From Chiloscyllium plagiosum (taxonomy: Eukaryota), in contig NC_057718.1 in NCBI RefSeq assembly GCF_004010195.1, positions 31,705,479 through 31,765,742 of the forward strand: a stretch of DNA of 60,264 nt, read 5' to 3'. The stretch's first letter is position 1; every line of letters starts with the position of its first letter. The notes beneath the pieces were generated by a model. The model saw only the letters and a list, made by a program, of their open reading frames with translations, did no database searches and had not been told where the DNA came from. The position numbers and the translations under genes are program-made. This document shows, in pieces, positions 1-12,710 of this stretch.

Positions 1-50
1 GTGTAATTACTTAAGATTTTATTGGCAAATTCCAAACCGATCTGATTCAT

Positions 51-242
51 CTGGAAGCAAGTTTCAATGAGATTACCTCTAGCTTCTTGTCCTTGAAAAT
101 GCATTGCTCTGTCATGGCCTCACCATCAATGTTCTGCTCTTTATCCTCAGTGGATTGCTGTCAATTCCCCATTTCATCTGCTTCTCCCACATCCTCCCTT
201 TGCTAGCTCTAGTTGTGAAGGGTACAACATTCTACAAGGATG
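51..242 (-). pseudogene. PIF/Harbinger transposase fossil, C-terminal part
   Basis: Minus strand reads ILVECCTLHN* (CCTLHN at 212-229) and GQEARGNLIETCFQ (51-92), matching the HARBI1-like I..CC.LHN and R..LI...F motifs; stops present. Confidence 0.7.
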
Positions 243-282
243 TAACACACACTTTTCTGTTTGATTGTGGACTGAAATGGGA

Positions 283-1033
283 TGTTATGAAGTTGAAGGC
301 ATACACTGTATCTTCAAGAGAGAGCGGATGATATTTTGAACTGAGAGCTTATGTGTATGTGACTAGATGGCAGTCAGAGTGTAATGGAAAATTGAAAATA
401 TGTAACGTTTGTCTGTGAAATGGATACCTGAGTTTTGGTTGCTGTTTTGACAACAATTTGAAATTAACCAAATCAGTTTAAATAATGCTCTGGGATACTA
501 AAACCCAAGTTTGAATTTATTGTTTTGCCAACATCGAACCAATGAGGCGATCCGATGTTGGGGATAAAAAAGTGCAGACATTTTGAAAATTAGAGAGAGA
601 GACCAACTGCCATTAACAGACCACAAGAAAACACTATCAAAGGTACCTTTTCACATGAAACATATTCGCAGTAAAAAGAAAGATGGCAACCCGGGGGATC
701 TTCAGCCGCAAGAAGAAAGGCACTGAAGACGACAGCCGCTGTGTGGTTTTGAGATTAAGTTAATGTAATTTTAATAAGTATCTTATTGGAATAGCATATT
801 GTTACAGAGTTGGAGGCAGGCAATAAGCAGTTAAGAGAAAGAGGGCTTAGAGTTGTGAATAGTTATTGTTTAATGTTCACTTTTAGAGTTAAAAAATAAA
901 TTGATGTTATTTTCTATAAATAATGGAACTTGGGAGTTCTCTGGAACTTATATCTAAAGAGATTACGAGGCAAGATTAACTTTTCTGGGTGTTTTGTTTA
1001 ATTAACAGAAGGGTTCACCGCTGTGTTGTAACA
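283..1033 (+). repeat. 5' LTR of Gypsy element 1
   Basis: Direct repeat of 6018-7112; TG...CA termini; followed by a PBS. Confidence 0.92.
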
Positions 1034-1036
1034 GTT

Positions 1037-1056
1037 TGGGGGCTTGGGTCCAGAAT
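1037..1056 (+). promoter_or_regulatory. Degenerate primer-binding site, tRNA-Pro-like
   Basis: tgggggcttgggtccagaat lies 3 nt after the LTR and resembles TGGGGGCTCGTCCGGGAT. Confidence 0.65.
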
Positions 1057-4000
1057 TTGGACAGGTTTAGACAGATCCAATCTGAGATTTGGATAGATTT
1101 CAACAGATTTGGGGTACAAAAGGTCCCAGCAGATTTAGACTCTTGCCAATTAGTATCCTAGACCTTTAAATAAAATATAGTTGAGACAATTTGTTTAATT
1201 TTTGTTACTTGTGATCGGATAAATTAAAAGTGAGGGGAATGGCTCTTAACATTGCTAAAGGGGCTCTAGAGTTTTAAGATGCTTCCCAAATTTGCCAAGA
1301 AAGTTTAGAAAGATAGAGGAATTAGCAAATAGGCTAGAATTGGGTTTAACCAGGGACAAAGGAAAGCTGAAATTGCAATGGAGTTGGTCAAGCACGTAGG
1401 TGTATCAGAGAAACAGCGAAGTGCGGTGGGGTTGGAAAAAGTTACATTGCAATTGAGGCAAATAGAGTTAGAAGACGAAGAAAAAGAGAGAGAGAGAAAA
1501 AAAAGGAAAAAGAAAGGGAGAGAAGGTTCTTAGCTGAACAAAAAGAGAAAGAAGAAAGGGAGAGAGAATTTGAACTTCAGAAGTTGTGAATTAGTCAGGA
1601 AAGTCAAGATGGAGATGAAGAGAGAAGGTGCTGATGTATACAAATATGTTAAAACATTGCCACACTTTGATAAGAAAAATGTTGAAGCCTTCTTTATTTC
1701 ATTTGAAAAATTGGTTAGGCAGATAAAGTGGCCAGACAACTTGTGACTACTGCTAATTCTGACTAAGCTGGTAGGCAGAGCTAGTGAGGTATTTGCAGCA
1801 TTGTCAGATGAGGGGTCAAGAGATTATGCAGATGTTAAACATGTTATTTTGAGCACTTATGAATTGGAACCAGAAGCATATAGACAGCGGTTAAGAAACA
1901 TAAAGGAGGAACCAGGTCAGACTTGAGTTTGAAATATAGTAATTCTGATAGATGGGTGTATGTCTTAAGAATAGTCAAGGCCTACGAAGCTCTACAAGAG
2001 ATTATTCTGCTGGAGGAGTTTAAAAACTCACTTCCAAAGATGATGAGAATTCATGTGGATGAACAGAAAGCTCAAGAAGTGAGAAGAGCAGCAGAGATAT
2101 GCACCAATGAATATTCATGCGCTAAGGCAAAAAATATCTTCTGGTAGGAATTTTATTATGTGAGGGATAGAAATTGGGAGAAGGGGATTTCCTACACTAC
2201 AAAACAAAGAGTAGAGCACACTAGTAATAGTTTACCACCAGTGAAAAAAGAAGCCCAAGAGAGTGAAAGGCTTCAGATGTTTCCACTGCGGTAAGGGGGG
2301 ACACAAAGTCACAGTGAAGAAAGGCACTGTGAGAAAAGATGCGCAAAGAAAGGTGAAGCCAGTAGGATTAGTGAAAGTAGTAAAGGAAACCCAAAGAGAA
2401 GTCAAGGAGCTGCAGAAGAGTACACAGCCTAGGCAGGGCTTGGACTTAGTGCCTTATCTCTATAAAGACTTCATCTCTATGGGCAATGTTTACTCAGGGA
2501 GAACGCGGGAGAAGGGAAAGAAGTTATAATTTTGAGAGATACGGGATCAAGTCAGTCTGTATTCGTAAGGGATGAACATACTTTCACTCTTCCTGACATG
2601 TTACCCGAGAGAGTGGTAATTCGTGGAATAGATGGACAGAAATTTAGTGTTTCCCTGTGTAAGATCAGGTTGGAGAACTAAATCAAGACTGGGGAATTAA
2701 CAATGGGAATGATTGACAGAATACAGTTTGTTCTTGGGAACGATTTAGCAGAATCCCTGGTGAGTAACACCCCTTGTTATGGAGAAGCCAAAGCAAGACC
2801 AGGAAACTGAGGAGTTAAAAGAAAAATACCCTGAAATTTTTCCAGACTGTGTCATAACAAGATCCCACTATATAAGTTACAGCATGAAGCAAAAACTAAA
2901 GAGAAAGATGAAGGAGTTGAGGTTCAGTTAGCGGACACCCTGTTTGTTGTAATGGTGCAGGAAAAATCTGAACAAGCAGAGGGTCAAACAGAAGTGTTTA
3001 GTCCTGAAAGGCTAATGGACTTACAACAGAAAGACAAGACAATAAAATATATATATACTGATGTATACTCAAGAAAAGGAATCAGAATGCATTTTTGATG
3101 TTATTATCTTAAAGATAGAATCCCAAGATGAAAATGGAGACCACAGCAGGTTAGTGAAGAGGAGAAATGAGAAGTGCACCTGACTGTGTTGCTGGTAGCA
3201 TACACAGAAAGTGTTACAGGTCGCACATGAACTCCCTGTAGGAGGTCATCTAGGTGTGAAAAGACTCAGACTAAGTTATTAAACCACTTCCATTGGCCTG
3301 GAGAGCACAAGGATGTGGTTAAAGTTTGCCGTACATGTCACATGTGCCAAATGGTAGGTCAGCCACAGGCAGTAAAAAAAACCAGCACCTTTGTTGCCAA
3401 TTACCACATTGGAAGAACCTTTCACATGGGTTATGATTGATTGTGTAAGTCCCCTCCCTAAAACTAAAAGTGGGAACCAGTACTTGCTAACCATAATGGA
3501 TGTATCTCCCAGGTTTCCCGAGGCAATTCCATTACGAAATATTAAGTCAAAAAGAGTGGAGGAGGAGTAAATAGCTTTCTTTACGTGGTACAGGCTGCGC
3601 AGAGAGATTCAATCAGACTGAGGATATAATTTTACTACTCGACTGTTTAAAGAAGTCATAAATAGCTTAGGCATACAGCACTTTAAATCATATACCATCC
3701 TGAATCCCAGGGAGCTTTGGAAAGGTGGCATCATACCCTGAGACTGTGTTAAAAGTGTACTGTCAGGATTGTTAAGAACATACTGTCAAGATTACCCAAA
3801 TGATTGGGATAAAGGTATCCTACTCGTATTGTTTGCCATTATAGATGACCCAAACTAATCGACTCCGTTCACTCCCTTTGACTTAATATTCGGATTTGAA
3901 GTGAGAGGGACTTTGAAATTAATTAAAGAAAAAGTTACGGGACCAAAGTTGGAGATCTCACACTTGGATTATGTAACTGAGGTGAGTTAGCATCTGAAGG

Positions 4001-4802
4001 GTGTGCAGCATAGAATGAAGCAAATGGCAGATAAAAAACTCTAAAATTCGGGCGTTTTCCCATGGGAATGATGTATTAGTATTGTTACCAGTGGTAGGAG
4101 ATCTCTTCAAAGCCAGCTTTCGCGGTCTCTATCAAATTGAGAAAAAGTTGAGTCAGGTAAACTATCTGGCCAGACAGAAAAAAAAACTGTATTGCATATA
4201 TCATGTGAACATGTTGAAACCTTACTATAACAGAGACTGGGAACTGGACAAACAGGTGTTAGTTACTGTCCCGCAGAGCAAGAAATCAAATCCCGACATT
4301 GTGGAGTTTGATATGCCTCAAAATACATTAAGCAATGAAGAAATCCTTGAGGAGTGGGATAGGTTAGTTACTGAACTGTCTGTCTCAGGAACAAAGAACC
4401 CAGCTGAAAAGTTTGTTGCATCAGTATGAGGACAAATGCAGGAATAAGATGGGGGGGGGGTGTTGGGGGGGGAAACTAATACGATTGTGCGTGAGGTGGA
4501 AGTAGGAAATACTCTTCCGATAAAGCAACATCCTTATAGACTTAATCCTCTCAGGTCCACACAGCTCCAGATGCAAGCGGATGCGATGCTCAATGAAGAT
4601 ATCATTGAACTGAGAGTGAGTGAGTGGAGTTACTAAAGCCAATTGTGTTAGTTCTCTAACTTGATGAGGCTCAACGATTTTGAGTGGAGAATCGGAAGGT
4701 CAACGCTTTAACAAAATTGAACTCGCACCCAATACCAAGATTAGAGGACTGTATAGAGAAAGTTGGACAAGCCACTTACATCACAAAGTTGGACTTACCG
4801 CA

Positions 4803-4932
4803 GAGGCGAAAGTGAGGACTGCAGATGCTGGAGATCAGAGTCTAGATTGGAGTGGTGCTGGAAAAGCACAGCAGGTCAGGCAGCATCCGAGGAGCAGGAA
4901 AATCGACGGTTCGGGCAAAAGCCCTTCATCCT
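4803..4932 (-). mobile_element. Penelope-tail short insertion with partial hammerhead core, inside the Gypsy RT
   Basis: 11-bp TSD gacttaccgca (4792-4802 and 4933-4943). Same sequence family as the 3' end of the GIY-YIG-bearing piece at 28698-29250. Confidence 0.85.
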
Positions 4933-6006
4933 GACTTACCGCATGATTATTGTCAGGTACCTTTATTAGATAAAGCAAAATAATTCTGTGTTTGTAACCC
5001 CAAATGAGCTATAGCAATTCAAAGTGATGCCTTTTGGAATGAAGATCACACCAGCGACATTCCAAAGACTCATGATCAGAGTGGTGGCCAGATTAACAAA
5101 CTGTGCAGTTTATCTGAATGATGTAGTGATCGTTAATGAGTCATGGAAAGATCACACGGCACAGTTCGCAGAGCTCTTTGAATGATCACATGAAGCAAAA
5201 CTGGCAACAAACTTAAGAAAACAGAATTTGCGGAGGCAAAGGTGATGTTCTTGGGACATAACATTGGTATTGGAAAGTTGACCCCAAGGGACGCCAAGAT
5301 GAAGATCATCAAGGAATTTCCACGACCAAACTCGAAAAAAGGGGTTTTCCCATTTTTGGGACAAAGCAGCGTGGTGGCACCAGTAACAGATTTACTGAAG
5401 AACTCAAAATTTTGGTGGACAGAACAATGCCAGGAGGCATTTGAGAATTTAAAAAGAGTATTGAACACTGCACTAGTTTTAGTTGCACCAATTTTTTGGA
5501 AACCCTTTCAAGTTGCAATCGATGCTAACGATATAGGAGTTTCGAGCTGGACTGCTACAAGATGATGATTATGGAATTGAATGGCAAATTGGCTACTTGT
5601 CAAAGAAAATCAACACCCACCAGAGAATTATTGAATTTGGTACTTGTCTTACAACATTTTAATGTTTCTGTGATGAACAATGTGTCAGAGACAGTTGTGT
5701 ACACAGACCACAATCCTCTTACATTCTTGGAACGATTTAAAGACAAAAGTATGAGACTATTTTATTGGAGTGTTATGTTACAGACTTTTAATTTACAAAT
5801 TGTACATGTTGCGGGTTGTAAAAATGTGATAGTAGATGCATTATCACAGATTTTTAAAAAATCTATAGATAAAATTGAACAGATTACGTGTGTGCAGAAA
5901 TTAATACGAAAGTATAATTTAGATTAATAACCTATGTATTTCATTGTAATGGGATTAAAAATTAGAAAAAATGAGGCCATTATTCCATTATGATGGTTCA
6001 ACGTTT

Positions 6007-6017
6007 AAGGGGAGAGG
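6007..6017 (+). promoter_or_regulatory. Polypurine tract
   Basis: aaggggagagg immediately precedes the TGT of the 3' LTR. Confidence 0.85.
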
Positions 6018-7112
6018 TGTTATGAAATTGAACACTTGTACTGTACCTTTAAGAGAGAGTGAATGCTGTTCTGAACTGAGAGCTTACAAGCACCTGTGGA
6101 GATGACTAGATGGCAATCCCAGAGTGTACAGGAAAATTGAAAATATGTAACATTTGGCTGTGAAATGGATACCTGAGTTTTGGTTGCTGTTTTGATAATA
6201 ATTCAAATTTAACCAATCAGTTTAAGTTATGCCCCAGGATACTAAAACCCAATAGAGTTTGAATTTATTGTTTTACCAACATTGAATCAATGAGATGATT
6301 GATGTTGGGGATATAAGAATGCAACTGCCATCGAGAGATTCTGAAAAAAATTAGGAAACACTCTCTATCAAAGGTACTGCAAGTATATGTAATACGAGAA
6401 GGTAAAGAAAAAGCTGACAACCCAGGGAGATCTTCAGCTGGAAGAAGATAGATACCGAACACAACAGTGGTTGTGTGGATTTTAAAATTAAGTTCATGTA
6501 ATTTTAGTAAGTCTTACTACTTACTAAAAGTAAGTAATAAGATTTGGAATAGCATATTGTTATACAGCTGGAGGCATGTGTTAAGCAGTTAAGGGAAAGG
6601 GGGGTTTAGAGTTGTGAGTAGTTGTTATGTAATGTTCACTTTTTGAGTTAAAAAAATTTACATTACAGGTACACAATCCTTTAACTGAAATTCCAAAATC
6701 CAAAAAGCTTTGAAATTCAAAATTTGTTTTTGCTTGGAGTGTGAAGTGTCATTTTGGCATACGAATAGGTGACCCAACTGCATACCCACTCGAACCACAT
6801 CACTCAGACATGATGTGGTGGCATGTCCCAGCACTGGCAGGTGTCAACTCTGTCTCAACGCTCGTACTATTCACACCTGTGTCTGCTGTTAGGCAATATT
6901 TCTTTTATTTCACTGTGAAAATGTCATTTATTCTGAAATGTCATTTATTCCAAAATCTGACAATTTCTGAATTCCAAAAAACAAGTGGCCCCAAGGATTT
7001 TAGATAAAGGATTTGGGAACTGTCACTCATATTTTAATAGATTATGAGGCCAGGTGAGCTTTTCTGGGTGGTTGGTTTAATTAACAGAAGGGTTCACCAT
7101 TGTGTTGTAACA
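6018..7112 (+). repeat. 3' LTR of Gypsy element 1 (contains a MITE insertion)
   Basis: Colinear with 283-1033 apart from the 6666-7022 insert and a short adjacent deletion. Confidence 0.9.
6666..7022. mobile_element. Tigger/pogo-type MITE (MER46/Tigger4-like ends)
   Basis: Imperfect TIRs caggtacacaatcctttaactgaaa and ttttagataaaggatttgggaactg; TA on the left; absent from the 5' LTR. Confidence 0.75.
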
Positions 7113-7999
7113 GGGAAAACTGCTTTAAGAAGAAAGCAAAAAGGAATGCTTCAGGATTACTGCAGTTTTTGAAGGTGTAAAATCAGGTACTCATTGCAAG
7201 TGCTGTTTGTTCCAGCAGAAATTGAAATGTAGTTTGCAAATGAGCTGGAACTGAGGGGAGTGTACAGATGGAGATAGAGTTGATAACAAGTAATTGGTTG
7301 ATCTGTGAACCAGTGACTGGTTGTTGATGACAGAGGCTTTCTGCCTGCCAACAATTATGCGATTGGTTCTCAGATTGCTGAACAGCTTGAGGCTATGAAC
7401 TTGACAGTGAGAAGCCTTTCAACCTCAACCTGTTCAGGACCACTCTGTTCTCTGCCATAAAAAATACACTAAGCCTGAAGAAAAGCAGCTTATTTTCCCT
7501 CCAGCAATTAACGCAAGTTATGACTTCTAATCAAAGCCCTGATATACATGTGAACCAGCAACCCTGTGTCTCTTGCAAATCAGCAAAAGCATGCAGAGAA
7601 GGAAGACCAAGATGCACCACGTGATAGTACAAAAAGCATCTCAGCAGATCCAGTGAATAGAGACCACTGAACTGCTTTCCTGGGCTTTCCCTCTGTCCAT
7701 ATCACACGTGTACATGTGTGCTGCGAGTATAAGGGGACATTTATAAGGGGATTAGAGTTTTAACCAGTAGAGTTATATACTGATAGTTGATAAAAGTTTA
7801 CTTATAGCTGCAGCCTGTTTAATTGTAATAAATAGCAATTCCTGTTCAGGACAGAAGCACGGTCCTTTTAAAATCAATCTGGGTGAAAATGTGGTAAATT
7901 GGGAAATTTTGTATACTTTATAAAATATTTTAACTTCCATGATGAATCAGGGAATAGTGGGGCTTGATTTATAGCGTTATCTCAGTGAGCTGTGATAAC

Positions 8000-8660
8000 T
8001 GCAAGGTTCCACTGGAGTAATCTTTACATCGAAATCTTATCTTCAGGACACCAATGGTTTGTTCCAGACAGCAAAGGTGGAAGTGTGAGCCGCACTGTAT
8101 TTCATTATGCATCAGCCTGAGTGGTTCATAACAGCATCAGGAGCCATGGTTTGAGCGGAGACCTCTGGTCTCACAGTAAATATCCCTCTGTGGCCTGAGG
8201 AAGTAGGAAGGAGTTCTTCAATTGTACAAATAATGGGAGCTCCCAGGATATCTGATACAGACCTCCGAGATTCAGTATCAACGGTCAGGTACAATTTGAA
8301 GAAGGATGGAGTGATGCTGACATCTGCAGGTTGTTGATAGGGCAATGTGGATACAGGCAACTGTGCCCTGCACCAAGGGAAGTCAGCGATAGCACAGAAT
8401 CCCACTTCCCAGCTGCATGGCTCCCCTCACTAAGGAAGGATATATACAACTGTGATAGGGAGAAAATGGTGCAGTTACATCCCAGATGCCTCGTGGGTCA
8501 AGGATTGAGAGGACTCTATTCCTTGAAATGAACAGCCAGTATAAAAGTTCAAGGCAGCTGTGACCTTGATGGTCACTGTGATAGAAGCCTTCTCGTCCTT
8601 CTGAGCACAAATCCTGCTTCATTACATGAAACAGTTCTGTGATGGCAGCCCAGGACACTG
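8000..8660 (-). pseudogene. PIF/Harbinger transposase fossil, N-terminal and central part
   Basis: Minus strand reads ITVTIKVTAALNFYTGCSFQG (~8521-8583) and KYSAAHTST...EQTIGVLKIRFRCKDYSSGTLQ (~8000-8102), matching HARBI1-like AAL.FY..GSFQ and E.T.G.LK.RFRC...G.LQ; frameshifted. Confidence 0.75.
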
Positions 8661-9829
8661 TTAACTAGTGCCGGCACTGTCTTTCAGAAAATGACAGAAA
8701 CTAGTAGATCCAGGGTCTCTTCTATTCAACTTCGTCTGTTGGTTTGCCTGTGTACCAGCAGTAGCCGCTCCAGGTTGCTGTTTTTGCTGACTAAATTGGA
8801 AAGGTGGACCTGTTCTTCGGATTTGAAGCATGATCTCAAGGACTTGTACGGTGTGATGTAAACATATGGTGCACGACTAAAGTTTTTGTACTACACTTGG
8901 CGAGTTGAATTCTGCCAATAATTAACTATGATAGCCTCTTCCACTTCCCAGCAAAGAAAAGGCACCTTTGCACATCACTGAGCAGGTCCTTGACTGCTTG
9001 CAGTTCACTGTGCAAATGTGGCACTGCAAAGCACTGTCTTCCAGCCCAAGCCAGAGAATATGTTTCTAAAATAAAAAGCCCAGGTGCCACCTTTCTGTAC
9101 ATTTGTCTGCCTTTTTTTTTGCTTGGCTGACATGACAAAGAGACAATCAATGTAATGGTCACAATTGCTTTTGCTTTAATTTTTAATATGCATTCTTGGT
9201 CAATGAATAACCTGCCGGGGAAGTGCAAATTGAAGCCAGATGAGGGGCATTACTGTTACACTAGAATCATGATTACTGCAATTGTTCATAGCAGGGCCTC
9301 AAATTCCAAAAGTTTTATTTTGCCCCAAAAGGAAAAAAAACAGACTTACTTCAATCACTCTGCTCTGCATGCTATGTCAGCCATTTGTGTAATTATTGTG
9401 CAGTTGATCTTTGATCAATGCATCAAGATTCCAACTTTGCATTCATAAGAGAGAACTGCAGGGTCTGCCTGAGAGTCAAGATAACCACCCCATCCTTCAT
9501 TTTTCTTTGCTGTCCCAGAGTCTCTCTAACCTTTCAGTCTCTGCCCATTTCAGTTGAGTGTCTTTACATAACCATTAATATCCTCACGTTATTCATGCCT
9601 TTGTTGACCTTCCACCCTGTTCATGTAGAGGCTAGAGTGATCATGACCTTTGAGAACCCTCCACTCCCAGGTATCCAGTCTCCTTTATGGTCTATCACAT
9701 CTTGCTCTTCCATCTAGAATTAACCCCTTCCATCATAATCATTCACCCAATGAACCAATGCATTCCCAGAATGGAGCTGGCCACTTTCCTAAGTACTCCA
9801 TGACCATTAATGACCAATCCCAACCCTGA

Positions 9830-9940
9830 GGAGAAAGTGAGGTCTAATGCCCGAAATGAAGAAGGGCTAATGCCCGAAACGTTGATTCTCCTGTTCCGTA
9901 GATGCTGCCTGACCTGCTGCGCTTTTCCAGCAACACATTT
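9830..9940 (+). mobile_element. Penelope-tail insertion with hammerhead-like core (TGAAGA-A-GGGC-TAAT-GCCC-GAAAC-GTT)
   Basis: 16-bp TSD ccaatcccaaccctga (9814-9829 and 9941-9956); a short opposite-orientation piece (ggagaaagtgagg) at its left end. Confidence 0.85.
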
Positions 9941-10954
9941 CCAATCCCAACCCTGAACCAACTTGGCAGGACCATGACAACTGAAGCACTGCTCACCACT
10001 TCAAACTGATCTCTTCACAACATCCTGACTGACCTACTTGTAATGCTCAGACTGGTTGCACTTGACATGCTGGGCCCCAGCTCAATCTCCAGGACTGGAA
10101 TCGGATTGACCCCTCAACTGACTGTGGCAGCATCCTACTGAACGACTCTAGCGCTCCTGAATTTTCAGCACTTCCATTTAGTTGAAGTACATGCAACATA
10201 TTTGCTGCATAACATGCCAGCGCATGCTGCAGCTGTGAAGTTGACACAGCATGCTGTCGCACAATGATATATTAATTCCCTTGATTTATGTGCTCCATGA
10301 CAATCTGCCTGCCTCTCCCTGTGAACTAAGGAGCAATGCAAGACAGAGACTGGAGACCGCCAAGCAATTGTGGGTGTTAAGCAAGCTAAGAGCCATAAGA
10401 TGTATTATGATAGATGAGGTACTTATATGTCATAGAAGCAAAGAAACCTGGCAGAACCTTACAAATAGCAGGTGTCCCTGAGTTCAAAAGTATATCACTG
10501 AAGGGCTGAAGTGGTATTTGAGTTGGCCTAAGGGTAGGTATGATGTGGTAAGGCTAGTTGGTTGTCCTAGATGAAGGCTTTAGCAGTCTGAAGGCCATAG
10601 AGCATGAAAGGCTATTATGTATAGACACAGTTGGACGATGGCTGGAAAAAGCAATCAGAAAGCTGCAGCCACAAGGTACTCACTCTTGACTTGCATATTA
10701 GGAATTTGCAACAAGTTTCTTGGGAAAGAACAGATTTGTAAACTGCTATATATAACACAAGCTGGGCTATAAATAAGCTCCAAATGCATGGAATTAAAGT
10801 AACTGCTGCTCAATAAACACATTTTGAGTTCACAATTTAAAAGTGAAGGCAAAAATCAGAAAACATTTTCTCTCTTTCAAGATCCTCATATGTTACAAAT
10901 TTCTTGCCATTGTCCATGACACATCAGGGAATTCTGACCGAAGATTGTTTTTAA

Positions 10955-11140
10955 TTAATTCATGCAATGTGGGTGTTACTGAGATATACTGTCCATCCAT
11001 CTGGAAAAGATAGTAGTGAGCTGCCTTCTTAAGCCACAGCAGTCCATTTGGTGTAGGTAGACCTTGACGCCATTAGGGAGAGAATTCCAGGATTTTGACA
11101 CAGAAATCCTGAGCAGAGTGAGGCCAACTGGAATGGCATA
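10955..11140 (-). mobile_element. 3' end of CR1-group LINE/SINE (same family as 56060-59120)
   Basis: Similar to 48575-48780 and to the reverse complement of 58930-59120. Confidence 0.55.
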
Positions 11141-12324
11141 AATAGTACAGATATATGGACCTGATTTGGAATGTTACAGTAGATGCTAGTGAGAATAGAA
11201 ATGAGGCAAGCCTGCAAAAATTTAGGAAAACTGGTCGATAATAAGAATGCTTACATAAATAAAACAAGAATTGACTGGTGAAATTTTGGCATTGCGCATT
11301 TGCAAAGTAGGAAAGCTCCACTTGTACAGAAACATGGTAAACTAGCATATAGGCAATACTTCCAATCTGGGAACTTCACACATTCCCCAACATGGGAAAA
11401 GCATTCATTAAATATTTCTCTTACCCACCTCAATTGCACTTTGACAGTACATTTTTTTTGGGAAGTGATTTTACATAGGCACAGAGGAAGGGTTTTGTTA
11501 CAATGCCCATTTTACTGATTTTAATTATATGTCGGTAACGTGTAGTTGCCATACCACAATAATTCTACAACATTAATAAAACTCCAAACTTATGATGTGA
11601 CAACTATTCTGTGATTCACAATATTCAACATCATTAAATCCTGAAAGTTGGTTAATACATATCTCACTCATCTTGAGCTTGCAAAAACAGAATATTTGCT
11701 ACGTTAAAACCATTAAGAACCTTCTGCAATAAGTCTGCTGGAATAAATACTAAAAATTGAAGATTCCCTATTATTCAGCAAATCAGAAAATGCATACATT
11801 ATATACTTAATTTGTTCAGAAGCTTGGAATTGATATTTAATTTGAATAACAAGTTCACATTCTACACGGTTTCATTTCATTTCACCCAAGTCTTTAGATT
11901 ATTCCCACTTATCCCTGCATGCACTTTTCCCATCACACCATGTTCAAATTGATTTTAAACGTATTCTGGTGTCATCAAGGCTGCCCTGGTCAACAAAACT
12001 CTGATTAACTGTGACTACAGTGAGGTCTTCTACTTGTCTAGGTTTACCTATCCACTACCTTTGATTTGCTTGATTTTTTCACAATGCCTAACCTTTATAG
12101 TTGACCAAGACATTGCTCTATTTCAATTCATACAATTAATCAGTTGACATTGGCAACATTGAGATCTTTCTCCTCAGCTCTCATCAAATATTTCATATAT
12201 TTCATGACTCATCTACATTCATTGCTTCTATTTTCTACATCCTATAATTTTGAAATGCTCCATTTGAATGATCATCTCAAACCTCACCTTCTCCAATAGC
12301 TTTGATGGCTCTCCTGGTTCTGTT

Positions 12325-12710
12325 CCATACAAACATATAGAGTTCTTAAGGGGCTTCACAGCACAAATGCTGAGAGAATATTTCTCATCATGGGACATGC
12401 TATGACCAAACAGCATAGTCTCAGATAAAGGGTCGCCAATTTAAGAGGTAAGCAGGAGATAAGCAGGAATTTCTTCTCTGAGGGTTCAAAGTCTTCGAAA
12501 TGTCTTGTCATAAAGAACCGCGAGGACAGAGTCCTCATGTATATTTAAGGCAGAAATAAAAGAGATTCTTGATCAGTCAGAGAATCAAGAATTATAGGGG
12601 AAAGGCAGAAAAGTGAGCATGAAGAATTTTGCATCAGCCATGGTCCTATTGAATGCCAGAGCAGACTTGAGGGACCAAATGGCTTACTCCTGTTCCTATT
12701 TCTTATAGTT
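12325..12710 (+). mobile_element. CR1 LINE 3' fragment
   Basis: Typical CR1 3' region (ttaagggg...aggaatttcttctctgaggg...ccaaatggcttactcctgttcctatttctta), similar to 36840-37315. Confidence 0.75.

Larger units (their letters stand above)
283..7112 (+). mobile_element. Gmr1-like Ty3/Gypsy LTR retrotransposon, full-length but decayed (gag-PR-IN-RT-RH)
   Basis: Paired LTRs with TGTTA...TAACA ends; 4-bp TSD GGGA (279-282 and 7113-7116). CFHCGKGGH knuckle ~2278; LRDTGSSQS 2532-2558; integrase AHELPVGGHLG/CRTCHMC/YHPESQGALER 3223-3725; RT PFGM and YLND ~5029-5125; RNase H DANDIG/TDHNPL/NVIVDALS 5521-5850. Confidence 0.95.
241..7999 (+). mobile_element. Older solo LTR-like element (241-282 plus 7113-7999), split by the Gypsy insertion
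   Basis: Starts TGTAA. The 7730-7995 segment resembles the reverse complement of 22525-22800, and 241-282 joined to 7113-7150 resembles the reverse complement of 23320-23401. It sits exactly between the two Harbinger pieces. No clean TSD. Confidence 0.55.

Noticed and set aside
8000..8660. Host gene HARBI1
   Set aside because: Stops, frameshifts and nested insertions indicate a dead transposon copy, not the domesticated gene.
10330..10490. Possible second Harbinger remnant on plus (RCI...QIAGVP)
   Set aside because: Similarity too short and decayed to support.
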